DNA of 62,152 bases, filler included, from Asterionella formosa (Eukaryota), in NCBI GenBank assembly GCA_002256025.1. It is 6 parts of 6 records of this genome, joined end to end, with 100 filler letters (N's around TTAATTAATTAA, not from the genome) between each part and the next. Parts side by side here need not be neighbours in the genome. Positions count along the whole stretch, not along the records: positions 41,583 to 51,821 come from NKIB01009709.1; positions 51,922 to 62,152 come from NKIB01009723.1; 4 more parts are not named here. One strand, given 5' to 3'. The position numbers and the translations under genes are program-made. Shown in pieces: positions 48,680-61,093 of the stretch. Numbering within the stretch: the stretch's first letter is position 1; every line of letters begins with the position of its first letter. The notes beneath the pieces are model-generated. The model had not been told where the DNA came from and did not search any database. It saw nothing but the letters and a program-made list of their open reading frames with translations.

Positions 48680-50456
48680 TTATTCACTGATGTTTGATGT
48701 AGGACAATGATGCCTCTTCATCAAGGTCAAAACATGAGATAGTGACTCTATCATGCTCTTTCGATGACTAGGACTCAATTGAAGGAATTCATTAGCTTGA
48801 AGCCCCATCATCAGGATCAGTAAATTGCTAGTTATTTCGATCAGAGAAGATTGCTCTACTTGATCCTCAGGGTACAAAATCAGATTCGACATGGAATGCT
48901 GCTTCACAGCCAACCCCGCAAAGCCATGCTTATTTGTCTCACTTTCAATTTGATCAGAAGCCTTTCTTTTCAGTGTGGTAGTAGTTGTAACTTTAGAGAC
49001 TGTATCAATGTCCTTAAATTCCCTGACATTGGCATTGCTGTCAGGTTGTAAGATCAACGGAGAAAACGACTGTTCTACCATGAAACTTTGAGAATCACAG
49101 GACCATTGTCGCAAGCTAACAGATTTTGGATCGGAATTTGTTGGAGGTGACAACTCGGTAGTGGATGGAAAATCAGTGTCTTGCTCATGACAATGACGCA
49201 AAATTGGAGTAGCCACCTCGACTGGTTCAAGCTCCTGAGCAGCGTTGTCAACGTTTGGTGTGGTACACTCATGTACATAACCTGAAAATGAAATCTTATC
49301 GGAAGCATTCATTTTTGGGTTGTTGTTAAGCATGGGATTGATTTGTACGTGACTGTTCGCCTTGTCGCCATCTAACTCAATGGGCACGTATTCACCTTGC
49401 CATGGACTCCGGTAAAAACCATTTGAGGCAACACTCTCGTCAAGTTGCGTCACATGGAGCAATCCAATTTCACCCACCGAAGTATCCATGCCCGTTGTCA
49501 TATCCTCGTGTGATGAACTGGAAAAACTTTCAGGCCTAGTACAACCATGACCCACGCATTCATTGCATATTAGAGGGGTTGAAAACATTGGTCCCACAAC
49601 TTTTGTGTGAGAATTCATGCAGATTCCTCCTGGAAAATTTCCAATGACGCTAATCGGTCTGTCGCTATGATCTTCATTTGGCGTCGATTGGCTTGCATCG
49701 GTTTGACTTGAAATGGCGGATTCAGAGTCCCATGTAAAGCCGTCAAGGCAAAAGACGTCATCATCACCCGAGCGTTCATCGAATTCCAACGCATGAAACG
49801 GAGTAAAATTTGGTAGGTCAACTTTGGTGGTCGTTGGTGTGACGTGGCTCTCTTCACCTTTTTCACTATAAAGTGTTTGCTTCGCCTTTGGTACGGCCTG
49901 TTGCTGCGAACGAGTCACAGATGTATGGCGCAGGTTGCCTTTCGTCGCAGCCACTATTGGTTGTGTGATCACCTCTTCGGCACCTTTTCCACAGTTCTTG
50001 GAATTATCTCTTTTCTTGAGTCGGAGTTCTGAAGCCTTTTCTTCTCGGAACAGCTGAGCTGTCTTTTCTCTGGCCTTGGCGTCACCGACGTCGTCCCACT
50101 TGCCCGATTTTAGGTTGAACTTCAAAAAGCGACCAGGAGGTTGTTGAGTTGTTCGCCAATCTTTAACGATTTGATCAGCTACTGATCCCCTTTCTGGACG
50201 AATCGTGTTGTTGTAGCAAACTGTTTTGGCTTTCACAAGCGCACGATATCGCCTGTTTCCTGGATCTGAGAAATGGATCAAGAAAGGTAGCAGGTTAAGA
50301 ACTAGAATTCCTAGAAATCAGTTCGAGGTACAAGGAGGTTATATCATTCTGCGGTTGAAGATACTTACGATGGTTGGTTCCTCCTCCTCGTCCATACAAG
50401 ACATCATTTGCATGAGGCGTCTTGATTCCTTGACGCGGCCAACAAAGAGGATTCAT
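48680..50456 (-). CDS. DUF6824-domain protein (putative diatom regulator); exons 50456-50369 and 50265-48680
   Basis: NDVLYGRGGGTNHHPGNRRYR...PPGRFLK...WDDVGDAKAREKTAQLFRE, followed by a long low-complexity tail; GT-AG intron in frame. Confidence 0.88.
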
Positions 50457-51399
50457 CTCTTCCCTTGCTGCTTTTTGTTATTGCTGCAAAGGAGGAAGCC
50501 ATATTTTTTATGGTATTGCAAACGCCTTAATTGTTTCGATACACGCTGTTAGTTCTGGAATTTGATGATGAGATTTGTTGTGGAAATCATTGTAGTTGTT
50601 TAGCCAGGCTAATTAATAACTTGTGGAACAAATCCATGAATTCTGTTAAGTAATTCAGTGCCGGTGTTGTTAGACGTCACTACCGGCAGGTTGACGTATT
50701 ACCCTGGTACATAGATTGGAGTAACATTGTCTACCTATTACCTAGACGAAATTTACCTAATGGGGTACTTAAAAATATTTTTTGTATGTGTGCCTACCTG
50801 CTACTGGTGGTACGCACATAAATAAATTCTTGCATACATTTTTCGATTTTTCGGTCTCCTCCATCCGCCCATGCAACAATACATAAAATGGACTTGTAGA
50901 CGTCATCAGTCATGCGAGGGAAGTAAAAAAAAATATGGAAGATACCGTAAACCGAGTGTTTTTCGTTTACTGTGGAGCACTCTTAGTGACATAATTATAA
51001 CAATTGTGGAAATATTGTGAAACCCTAGCCCTAATCAGCCAAAATTTAGGGATTAGAGCTAGGTTTTGTGACATCATTGGACACCAAAATAAATAGCAGA
51101 AGACACGATACAGATAAAAATTTAGGAAGAGCAAAATATACTGGTACTTGGGTAATGCGTTTTTGTGGCAACTTTGGCATCCATCCTATCATGTTGTTGT
51201 TTGTCCAGATCTTTCCAAATCTTGAAGTATGCAAATATATATATTGTCTTGCTCGCCTTTTTTTGTTGTTTTTAACACTTTTTCTAATGACATGCTCTTT
51301 CGCACTACAGACCTGAAGTTCTCTTTACCCTTTTCCCTCTTCAGAATACCAGATGGTAATAATTCTTGGCGCAACCCCAAGAATACTCAATTCCCTTTC

Positions 51400-51640
51400 C
51401 TGCAGCTTGGACATCTTGCTCACCCTAGTTCTCTCCCATGAAAGCTGCTTCCTCGGCTGGTATCTGCATCCATGATCTGTGCATCCTTTGTTCATAGCCC
51501 AGATATCGCTTTCAGAAATCCCATCGGTATTGAATTGTTCAGGATTTTCATGTTCATCAATATAGTATCCTTTCTTACTTGGTGCATATTGGAATCCTAG
51601 CCAAGTCATCCAGTGATAGATGGTAGAGGGTGGGCTAATA
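51400..51640 (-). mobile_element. DDE (Tc1/IS630-like) transposase relic
   Basis: STIYHWMTWLGFQYAPSKKGYYIDEHENPE motif, frameshifted. Confidence 0.55.
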
Positions 51641-51821
51641 AATTTATTAAGTGTTGTACATTTATAAATTTTCAAAGGCACTATTAATATGGCCTGTCTG
51701 GTATTGTTGAGATGATCATATTTGCATATAGATAATTCGAAAATGTTCAATGCACAATATGTCCGTTGCTTTCCACAACTTCGTGTACCGGTACTGTTTC
51801 TGAAAAAAAATTTGCATCAAT

Positions 51822-51921
51822 NNNNNNNNNNNNNNNNNNNNNNNNNNNNNNNNNNNNNNNNNNNNTTAATTAATTAANNNNNNNNNNNNNNNNNNNNNNN
51901 NNNNNNNNNNNNNNNNNNNNN
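51822..51921. other. Artificial contig spacer
   Basis: Same 100-bp linker. Confidence 0.97.
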
Positions 51922-53542
51922 TTTTCTCAAGTTCTTTGCGGAGGCATTGGTATTTAGTTCTTGTTACAAAAAGGAAGAAGAATCGCTGAGAAGGTTATCG
52001 TCAAGATTGACCAACAATGCTGAGCACACCAGGGTTATTGTGCTGCCCAAAGGCACAAAATCTTTTGGGAAAGGCATAGTGGATGCTGACAGTTCCCACC
52101 TCCAAAGTACATGTGTATACTAGAAATGATGACTTGGACATGTTGTGTATGCTCCATGGTTATGCTTCGATGTGATGATTGTTGTGTACCTCATTTCATT
52201 GAAGCAGTATTGATTCCTTCCAGTCCAGACTGATCTGTGACTGCGGTATTTTTCATGTTGCTTGTGACTGACATATGACTAAAGATTAGTGGTCCTAATT
52301 CCAATTTTTTGCCCTTAACATGCATACTGGTAGCCATCCAATGATGTATCTAAAGTTAAAGGGAAGTAACAACAAAGTTTTCAAATTGAGCCTCATAGAG
52401 AGACTGAAATCAGCCTAATGAGCCGGAAAGAACCCGTTGTTGATTACACTGGTACACCATCAAGTAGCTGTGAGCATTCTACAATGGTTCATAGTTACTG
52501 GTGCAGACACCATCATGCTATGAGTAGTACTGGTATCATGATGGTTGTGGTAAACCATTCATGGCATTTCATGAGTATTTGCAGCTGTTGACATGTTCAA
52601 ATGTCATCACACACATAGCAGAACCTCATGGGATAGACCTGCCAATTCTCTTCCAATTCTAGCCCCTCCCCCTACTGCACAGGAAGCCCTTGTTCTACCC
52701 CTTCCCAGCACATCGCCCTATAACCTGAGCACATTGCTGGCTCTTGAATCATTGAAATCGACCAACAGTTGATTGCTGAGTATTTCTTCCTGCCTGTTCC
52801 ATGCCCAGCATCTAGTCACCTCCCATTCCATGATTTCCCATTGAAACATTCACTATGTTGTACATACAGCATAACAATCAACAGTAACAATGATGATGGT
52901 GTTGCCAAAGATGACATCATGAATGGATAATTTACCAACTCCTCACTTCTTGTGTAATTGCTTCAGTCAGAGGCTTCTACCAACAAGGCACTGGTGCGAA
53001 CATTGAGTAGCCACGCACAGTGCAGCAGAAGTAAAGTATGTAACCTGGAACTTGGTACCAGAACACATGTGTAGGCGACCTATTGCGTACGTCAGTGCAG
53101 CCAGAGGAGGTAAATAACAAATATGGTGTACATGTATGTGTATGTGCAAGGAGGAAGGCTCGAAGGAGGAGGAATACCGGTACTCCTTCTATGTACGTAG
53201 ACTCTGGTACTGGTACGACCGGTACAAATATAGTTCCCCGTCATTCGATACTCCTCACGACGGGGAGATTTTCGCATCCAGACTTCAACGAGAAGTCGAA
53301 TACCAGAAAACTGCCATCAGTAGTACCTCCTGGTATGATAGCAAAAGAAAGGAGCCAAGAACATTGGTCCCCCATGCATGTAAAATACTGCATGCACCTG
53401 ACGAATGTCTCGTGTTCAATTGCTTCACAACGACAACGAAGATAAAGTCAACCATCCTCTAGCAAGGTTATACCGGTAGTTTGACTTGGATATTTATCCT
53501 CAACGAACTCAAATATAGCTCTACCCGCTCTAACCAATCATC

Positions 53543-54340
53543 ATGTGCAGCCGAATGTACAGCATCATGAGCATAGTTGCTCTCACATTAGTACCCGCCA
53601 CAGTTTCCTTTGCGCCACAAGCAGGATGGACCATCATGCGCCGCAGCAGCATCACAATGTCTCCACTCCACCAAGCTACCACAAGCACTCCAACTAGTGC
53701 TGGGAGCTTCATTGAAACACAACTTCGTGGAGCTGCCATGAAACTCCACACGACTGTACAATCGCCCAAGGAAGGGACCGTCGTTGATGAACAACCCAAA
53801 GTACCCTACGTACCGACTCATGCAGATTATCTCCAATTCCTTGTGGATTCTCAACATGTATATCAAGCCTTGGAAGAGATCGTGAACGACCGACCAGAAC
53901 TGGAACCCTTCCGAGCCACCAAGTTAGAACGAGTGGCACCACTGGAACTGGACATTCAGTACATGTCGTCGACCTATGGCCTGGACCGCCCCACCGTCAG
54001 TCCTGCCGGAACTTTCTATGCCACGCACCTACGATCCATCACATCCGTTCCAGAATTCATGTGCCATTTTTATAATTTCTACTTTGCTCACACAGCAGGA
54101 GGACGAATGATTGGGAAACAAATGTCATCCTTATTGTTGGAAAAGAAAACTTTGGAATTTTACAAGTGGGATGGAGATTTGAACGAAATTAAGCAAAATA
54201 TCAAGGCGAAGATTGAAGCCATGGCAGCTGCATGGACGGAAGAAGAGAAACAGGAATGCGTCGACGGAACTGCCATGGCCTTTAGAGGTGGAGGAGGAAT
54301 AAATGCGAGTTTGTCAGGCGGAGGCAAAAAGGGGGTTTGA
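53543..54340 (+). CDS. HO1: Plastid-targeted heme oxygenase (plant HY1/HO1 type)
   Basis: Bipartite presequence with VS-FAP, LRGAAMKLHT (heme-ligating His), FMCHFYNFYFAHTAGGRMIG, LEFYKW. Confidence 0.92.
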   Translation: MCSRMYSIMSIVALTLVPATVSFAPQAGWTIMRRSSITMSPLHQATTSTPTSAGSFIETQLRGAAMKLHTTVQSPKEGTVVDEQPKVPYVPTHADYLQFLVDSQHVYQALEEIVNDRPELEPFRATKLERVAPLELDIQYMSSTYGLDRPTVSPAGTFYATHLRSITSVPEFMCHFYNFYFAHTAGGRMIGKQMSSLLLEKKTLEFYKWDGDLNEIKQNIKAKIEAMAAAWTEEEKQECVDGTAMAFRGGGGINASLSGGGKKGV

Positions 54341-55110
54341 TCAATGTGCTTAATATATCTACACACACGCACGGACACATGCAATCTCCTATGATTCTTA
54401 TTTGCATTCAGTAAATTACAACCTGTCTATATTTTCTTGGATCATTCATAAATGATACCATCTTTTTATAAAATGCATGTTGTGTGAAAGTTTTGGACCA
54501 TTGCCAACATCACAGTATCAGTATTAGTCCTTCTATATACAAGTAGAGTTCTGATGGGAGCACTGAGGACCACGCAACGCAAGTTGAGATCATCCACATG
54601 AAAGTAAACTAAAACCGATTCTCGCCATTGGCAGTAGACTACTGCAAAACTAGCTGCAAGTCCTCTGGACTGAGGAGCAGGATCCTAGAATACGATGCAG
54701 CCTGTTCGTAACACTGATACGTCTTTTCTCAGATGATCCTAGTACTTTACAGGCTAATTGACGAGGTGTACAACTAACTCCAATTTAGATGTACACAATA
54801 CATGTAACATAAGTGTAGACAAGCATTTGAAATACATAAGAGACCTAGAATATGTACCGGTAGTAAAATTTCTTCAGTGTTCTTGTGGTATGTAGTACTA
54901 GGTATGCAGCGGTGGTCGCACCACAGACTCTGACAAGCCTCGGAAGCAAGTTTGCGAGGCCACGTCATTTTACTCTTTGCAATGATTGGATGATGTGGGT
55001 CTACATAGGATGATGATGCTGACATGAATTTACCGGTAAATAATTCCCTTACAGAGTTTTTCAACAAATTGATCAACTGTATGTCAACCACATCCATAAT
55101 GATACTAACC

Positions 55111-55734
55111 ATGGCGAAACATAATACTGCTCTTCTATTGCTTCTTACAGTGTCAGCAGAGTCCTTTCTGAGCCCACAAACAGACCATGGACATGTTTCC
55201 TTTATTCACATGTCCATGACAACAACGAAAGAACAACAAGAAGCATCGAAACAATTCAAGATTTTAACTTGTTCTGCTAGTAGCTGTGCACAAAAGCGCA
55301 AACTCTTGGGAATGGACGCATTTGCCACCTACGGAGCTTTTTATGGTCGAATCCAGGAAGGACTGTTTCCAGATGTGGAATTGGAAGAAGTCTCTTGTCT
55401 CGGTGCTTGTAAGAAGGCACCATGTGTCGCCGTGCAACATGAGGATTTTGAAGGGAACGTCGCGTTGGAGGGGATGAATGACAATGAGTTCAGCGAACGA
55501 GTGTAAGCTTTAAGAATAGCTAATAGGAGGTGACGCTCTGAGTATCAATCTAACGCAGCTTCTCTATTCTTACTGCTGCCTCACAGGTTTCACGAGGTAA
55601 TTACAGAAGGCGATGCTGATCGAATATGGGGAGCAGTTGAGAATGCCATTAAACAAATGGCGGAAGAAGAATACGACGATGACGACGACAATGAACTTGA
55701 TGACGACGAATTTGATGAATCTAGGTTTGTATAA
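55111..55734 (+). CDS. Thioredoxin-like [2Fe-2S] ferredoxin-family protein, probably plastid-targeted; intron 55503-55586
   Basis: Signal peptide ending AES-FL; C-x4-C (CSASSC) and C-x3-C (SCLGACKKAP); exon 2 encodes VFHEVITEGDADRIW and an acidic tail. Confidence 0.75.
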
Positions 55735-55785
55735 CAAGATAAAGGCTTGGCAAACGTGTTTAATATTCTAGTCGCAATCACACTC

Positions 55786-56881
55786 TCAATATCGACGACG
55801 ATTCGCATGAGAGAACTCGCGACGTTCTGGACTTCTTGATCGTCCGCGCTTTCGATCATTGTACCCATCATTGTATCCGTATCCACCCCTAGGTGGACCA
55901 CGTTCCCACTCTCTTGAACCACCTCGATCTCCCATAGGAGGTGGACCAGGTCGCCCACCATACGGTCCGTCTCTGGGAGGAGATCCTTGACGCCCAAAGG
56001 CAGGGCCTCGCCCATATCCACCATGGTCTCCTCCAGGATACGGAGGAGGCCCTCCACGTCCCATACCAACCATCAAGGGCGGAGGCCGGCTGGCCTCTGG
56101 TCTGGCAGGGTCATAACGGCCCGGCGCTGTGACATTGACAGCCTTGCCCCCCAGTCTGAGTCGTAGATTTGCAATGATGACAACAGAGTTAGAAGGCAAT
56201 GGCGAGCAGCATAGCAGCAAGCCCATGTTGTGTCACTCACCTTGTTCCTCCCAATCCCCCGCCGAGTCGCCTTGGCAACCACCCTGGAACGGTATGTCCA
56301 CGTTCCACGTCCGCCACAATGTCTCGCCCCTCGATGCGCATTCCATCCGCGGCTCGATAAGCCCGCTTCATATCTTCTTCGTTTTCATATTCACAAAAGG
56401 CGTATCCCTTCGATGTGCACGTCTTATCGTCCTTGATGAGCTTCAAATCCTTAATGGGCCCAAACTGTTCCATTTCTCTGAGTAATTTTCGCTCCGTCAC
56501 TTCATATGCCAGCCTTCCGACAAAGAGCGTATTGTAGCAGTTCATTCCATCGACTTCCCCTCCAACATCTCGCTGCGTCTTTCTGTATTCTTCCACAAGT
56601 GGCTGTATCGTTTCATTGTGCCATTGTGCCTTGAGTCTGACTCGTTGGTCATGTTTGCGCGGCTGTACCGTGCGTTCCGGTGGATCTGTGCGTTCCATTT
56701 GTACAATGTAGTCACTCATCCCTGTCCATGGGTTCTTTCGCACTGGAACACGTCGAGGAATGAACTTTAGAGGAGGATCCGGCATGAAGGTAGCACGAAT
56801 GTGTGGAGGCATTAGCATAATGGCCGGGCCGCTGCTGCCAGCTGTCATTTGACCACGGGGTGTTACTTTACGTTGCGCCAT
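55786..56881 (-). CDS. SNRNP70: U1 snRNP 70 kDa protein; intron 56240-56156
   Basis: TLFVGRLAY, SKGYAFCEYE, DVERGHTVPGWLPRRLGGGLGGTR/LGG. Confidence 0.95.
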
Positions 56882-58599
56882 GAGGAATTATTGACCAAAA
56901 GAAAAAGCAATTCAAGTCTTGGGGAGAGACGGGTCAACAGGCTATGTATGATAGACTACTACTAGGTTCGTGTGTAACGACGAATGGCGCTGCTTCGTTG
57001 ATTGATGATTTGTTCGCGGGTACCTGGTACCGGAAATCAGATTGCTGTTGTGCTTGGTTGAAGCTGATGAAAATGATTTTGCACATACCGGTAGGAATTT
57101 TACCAGTCCATGCCAGCACATATTCTCCATGCATGTTATGATATTAGAGTACATACCGGTAGTACCAGGTACAAGGTACTACACCAGGAACCAGGAGGGT
57201 CCGGTAATCGAGATATTTAGCTTTATCTTTAAGTACAAACCGTGTTTAACTACCTACCAGTGTTTTCGAATATCGGGTATTGATTTTGGGTAATGTACTG
57301 TGTAGTCAAAATTTCGAAAGAAGTAGGGTTAAAAAATGTTTTGGTAGCATTTGTCATGGATTAATTTTCTATGACTGCTGCACTGCTCAGACATGTCAGC
57401 TGGAGAATTAGATGTTGAGTGTGAATTGGCTAAAGGATTTCCTTGTTGGTGTGGAAATTACATGATGTTCAAACCATTGATCTGGATCTGATTTAGATGC
57501 ATGGATATGTTCAAAAGCATATATCAACGTAATCATACTGCTGCCTGTTTAATGGATGATTTTGGTCATTGGTGTTGTCAGTTAGTATCTCCTTGCTTGA
57601 ATTCCTTGTAAATTCTTGTGGTTCTTTCATCTGCTTGTACTACTAGGCAATTGAATACTGTGTAGTGATGCTGGGTCACAAATGGTGTATTTGATTGTCT
57701 GGCTGCAAATATATACATCATTTTCCATGGTGAGAGAGGTGATTGCTAACCAGTGGCAGTAGTAGATGTTTGCTCTGATACTAGCTACTAGCACTAGCTT
57801 CATTTCTTCTTTTTACATTGGTGTGCTCCAATAAAATTTTGTGTTGAAAGAGAATGAATTTACAATGTATATGATAGTATATTTTCCAGCCCATAATATG
57901 TTCTATGATGTGTTCATATCATATATATGGATCTATGTTTTGTTCAATGCATGCATCATATGCCGCCAGTACAAAATAATTCTAGCTACCAGTGCAGCAA
58001 AGAAGTTTTAGCTTATAGCGCTGTTCTTATCATTTTTTTGTGTATCACGAAATTTGAATTTTTTGAAAATGTATCAGCAACGGTAACTCGATTCGAATTG
58101 AATTTCATTCATTCCAAAAGTGCGTGACACTGTATCACTGAGAATTTTTAATCACATTGTATCATGATGGAGTAACATGGATCTTCAATGGCAACAGGCT
58201 GGCAAAGATCATATCCCTCTTGAATATATTGATGGTCTTGATATCAAGCAGCAGCGTAAAATACAATTATACTATATTACTATAATAAAAACACACCATG
58301 CATTGCATGAATCGCTCATGCCGTCGCCTTTTGAGTTCTTACTTGATGATAACGATAATGACAGCAGTGATCTGGATTTCTTCTTCCTCTTTCACTTCGC
58401 TAAGGAAGTAGAGGAACAAGAACACTCTTCCAAACGATGAAGGCGACTCTGTAAACGGCAGCATCACTCATCCAAATGACGACGACAACGACAACGAAGG
58501 CACAAGTGGCACCACGAAAAAATCTCCTGGCAATCACATAATGTCGAGAAACTCAATCTCGAGATTGCTGCTTTCGAGAAGACACGCACAGAATGTCAC

Positions 58600-59680
58600 A
58601 CAGAGCATTATAAAAACTCACTTCCACGCTGAAAATTCATATTGCAGGGAATTATTCTAAATGTGGCAATTCTTAGTAGCCCATAATTCCCGAAACTGTG
58701 ATGGTAGCCATTTGTTTGCAATGGTTGGCTGATGGCAGTTACATCGACATTCGTCATGCCTACGGTTGCAACATGATTGCTTCACTTTATCTATGTCGTA
58801 ATTTGTTCATTGATGCTGTACTATACTGCAAAGAACTCAAGATTATTTTCCCGGAAGAAAAAGAAGATTTTATCAAATTGGCTTACTACAGCTTTGAATG
58901 CAATAGCTCCGAGGGCATGATAAGAGGATGTGTTGGACGTGCTATTGACGGATTCTTAGCCACCATCAACCACCCAAGACTTTTAAGTGAAGGTGGCAAC
59001 AACCCTGATTCATTTTTTCGGTCACTACATGACTTATGGAATCAATTTCCTGGCTGTTTGTGATGCTGACTCACGATTTATTTATTTTGGTTTGATTGCT
59101 CCGGGAAAATGCAGTGACCAAGTAGCTTTTGAACAAAATTCCATTTTCGGTCGAGTCGCAGCATTAGATACAGGTTTTTCTCTGGTCGGCGATGCAGCAT
59201 ACACATTGTCTGATGTAATGCTCGTTCCCTTTGTTGGCTCACCACTTGATGATCCAACACGCACCACAGGATACATTTAACTTTTTCATTTCATAGCTGA
59301 GGATAAGAATAGAAATGACATTTGGTCTTCTTCAGACAAAATGGTGTGTTCTGAAAAAATCCTATTGACAAGCTTGGAAACATCTGCACGCATTCTTGAT
59401 TCATGTGCTCGACTTCATAGTTATGCGATTAATAAGAAGATAATCGATAACGAGATTATGGATGATAGCTAACCAAATATTTACAGCGATAATTCCAGTC
59501 AGTTTTTCACCCCTTGGCTGGGGCTACTTACCAACTGTGGAACGACCATTTTGTATAGTGCCTGGAAGCTCTGTGATGTGAGATGTGATTCTTACCAGAT
59601 TGCGAACAACCTTGGGCTTGCAATAACCCCCTGTCAATAAAGAGAGGAGAAGGAACAAATTACATGAAATAAGTTTAATG
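58600..59680 (+). mobile_element. PIF/Harbinger transposase pseudogene (DDE_Tnp_4)
   Basis: WLADGSYIDI, GCVG.AIDG, GINFLAVCDADSRF, GDAAY, RIRIEMTFGLL, with multiple frameshifts and stops. Confidence 0.9.
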
Positions 59681-59713
59681 TAGATAAATGAATAATTTAT
59701 TCATTATTTGGAT

Positions 59714-61093
59714 TTAATCTCCTGATGTTTCACCTTCTGAAAGTAGATGAATATAGTGATCCCGCTTTCTCTTGCATATCTTAATTTCTAATCGAGCCTG
59801 AACTACATCAGAATTTTCAGAGTCATACCCATGATTTTCCAACTCTTCCAAGTCCTTCCGAGCATCCTTGAGACGACTTTTATATAGATCCAGAACATCT
59901 AGGATCTCTTTCTCGCGTCTTGATGCTGCTGAAGACTGAAGCACTTGAAGTTTCACTGCATTGACTCGTTCAAAACACTCTAATGTATTTGCCATTTGTA
60001 CCATAGAAGAGGAATGATTGGATGAAGTAGATGAACATCTTCCTTTCTTCGAGCCAACAGTCTTCGATGATAAGGAAGAAGATTTAGCACTATCAGTACT
60101 TTCACGGAATGATGATTTTGGAAGCAATGGAACAGCAAAATTGAGAAGCTGAGGAACTTGGCACAACCATAAATGGTAGTAATATAAATAAGGTTGGCTT
60201 CCAACAAAGTTAACAAATTCATCATGACCTCCTGACTTTTTGTTTTTCCAATATACAATTCGGTAATGATAGTTAATGTATCCCATTACCATAGAAAATT
60301 CGACAGAGGACAGAGCATCATACGTCTTTGGGTAACAACTGTCTATCCCCATTTGTTCCCAATAAGGATCTTGTGAAAAGGCAAGAACATTGCTGTCATC
60401 ATTGTCATCATCAAGGAATGTAGTTATGAGTCTATCGAAAATGCACATGTGCCTGAATTTCCTTTTATGCAGTGTGGCCATGATAGTTGGAGGCTGACCA
60501 AGCATCAACACATCACTTCTGTGTTGCTCACACATGTACACATTGATGACACGAAAATATGTGTTGGCGCAAGTGACACTGCTTGGAGGAGTTGATATTG
60601 CTACTGTTGGTATTGCTACTGTTGGAAAGGGTTTCCTCTTTTCAGGTGGACCCATCTCATCAATGTCAAGAAGTGTACCAGCAGTTGGAGGTATTTTCTT
60701 TTCAACAAGACTCATCTTGTCAATATCAAGTGTACCAGCAGTTGGAGGTATTTTCTTTTCAACAAGACACATCTCGTCAATATCAAGTGTACCAGCAGTT
60801 TGTGGTTTCCTCTTTTCAACAAGACTCATCTCGTCAATGTCAAGTGTACCAGCATTTGGAGATTTCCTCTTTTCAACAAGACCCATCTCGTCAATGTCAA
60901 GTGTACCACCAGCAGATGGAGATTTCCTCTTTTCAACAAAACCCATCTCGTCAATGACGGTTGGACCAGCAGTAGACAACTCAACAACATCTTCGACATC
61001 CTCATCAGCTACATGGTATTGTTTCTTTTCCGAAATGGGAATATCGGCAGCATCAGAAGTTTCAGCTCTATCCACTACTTTGCTGCTGCTCAT
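59714..61093 (-). CDS. Intact ORF convergent with the Harbinger transposase (probable element ORF2) containing 20-aa tandem repeats
   Basis: The frame is open for 479 codons (first ATG 61093); KSGGHDEFVNF...YLYYYHLWL core and a C-terminal coiled coil. Confidence 0.6.
   Translation of the reverse strand: MSSSKVVDRAETSDAADIPISEKKQYHVADEDVEDVVELSTAGPTVIDEMGFVEKRKSPSAGGTLDIDEMGLVEKRKSPNAGTLDIDEMSLVEKRKPQTAGTLDIDEMCLVEKKIPPTAGTLDIDKMSLVEKKIPPTAGTLLDIDEMGPPEKRKPFPTVAIPTVAISTPPSSVTCANTYFRVINVYMCEQHRSDVLMLGQPPTIMATLHKRKFRHMCIFDRLITTFLDDDNDDSNVLAFSQDPYWEQMGIDSCYPKTYDALSSVEFSMVMGYINYHYRIVYWKNKKSGGHDEFVNFVGSQPYLYYYHLWLCQVPQLLNFAVPLLPKSSFRESTDSAKSSSLSSKTVGSKKGRCSSTSSNHSSSMVQMANTLECFERVNAVKLQVLQSSAASRREKEILDVLDLYKSRLKDARKDLEELENHGYDSENSDVVQARLEIKICKRKRDHYIHLLSEGETSGD
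60616..60960 (-). repeat. ~60-bp coding minisatellite (DIDEMxLVEKRKxPxAGTL, about 6 copies)
   Basis: tttcaacaagactcatctcgtcaat(g/a)tcaagtgtaccagca unit repeated. Confidence 0.9.

Noticed and set aside
51922..52960. Degraded coding-like region (also 43100-43800 and 57300-57900)
   Set aside because: Probably TE debris, but no diagnostic motif could be read.
60616..60960. ~60-bp repeats as a CRISPR-like array
   Set aside because: Whole units are homologous with no unique spacers; it is an in-frame coding minisatellite.
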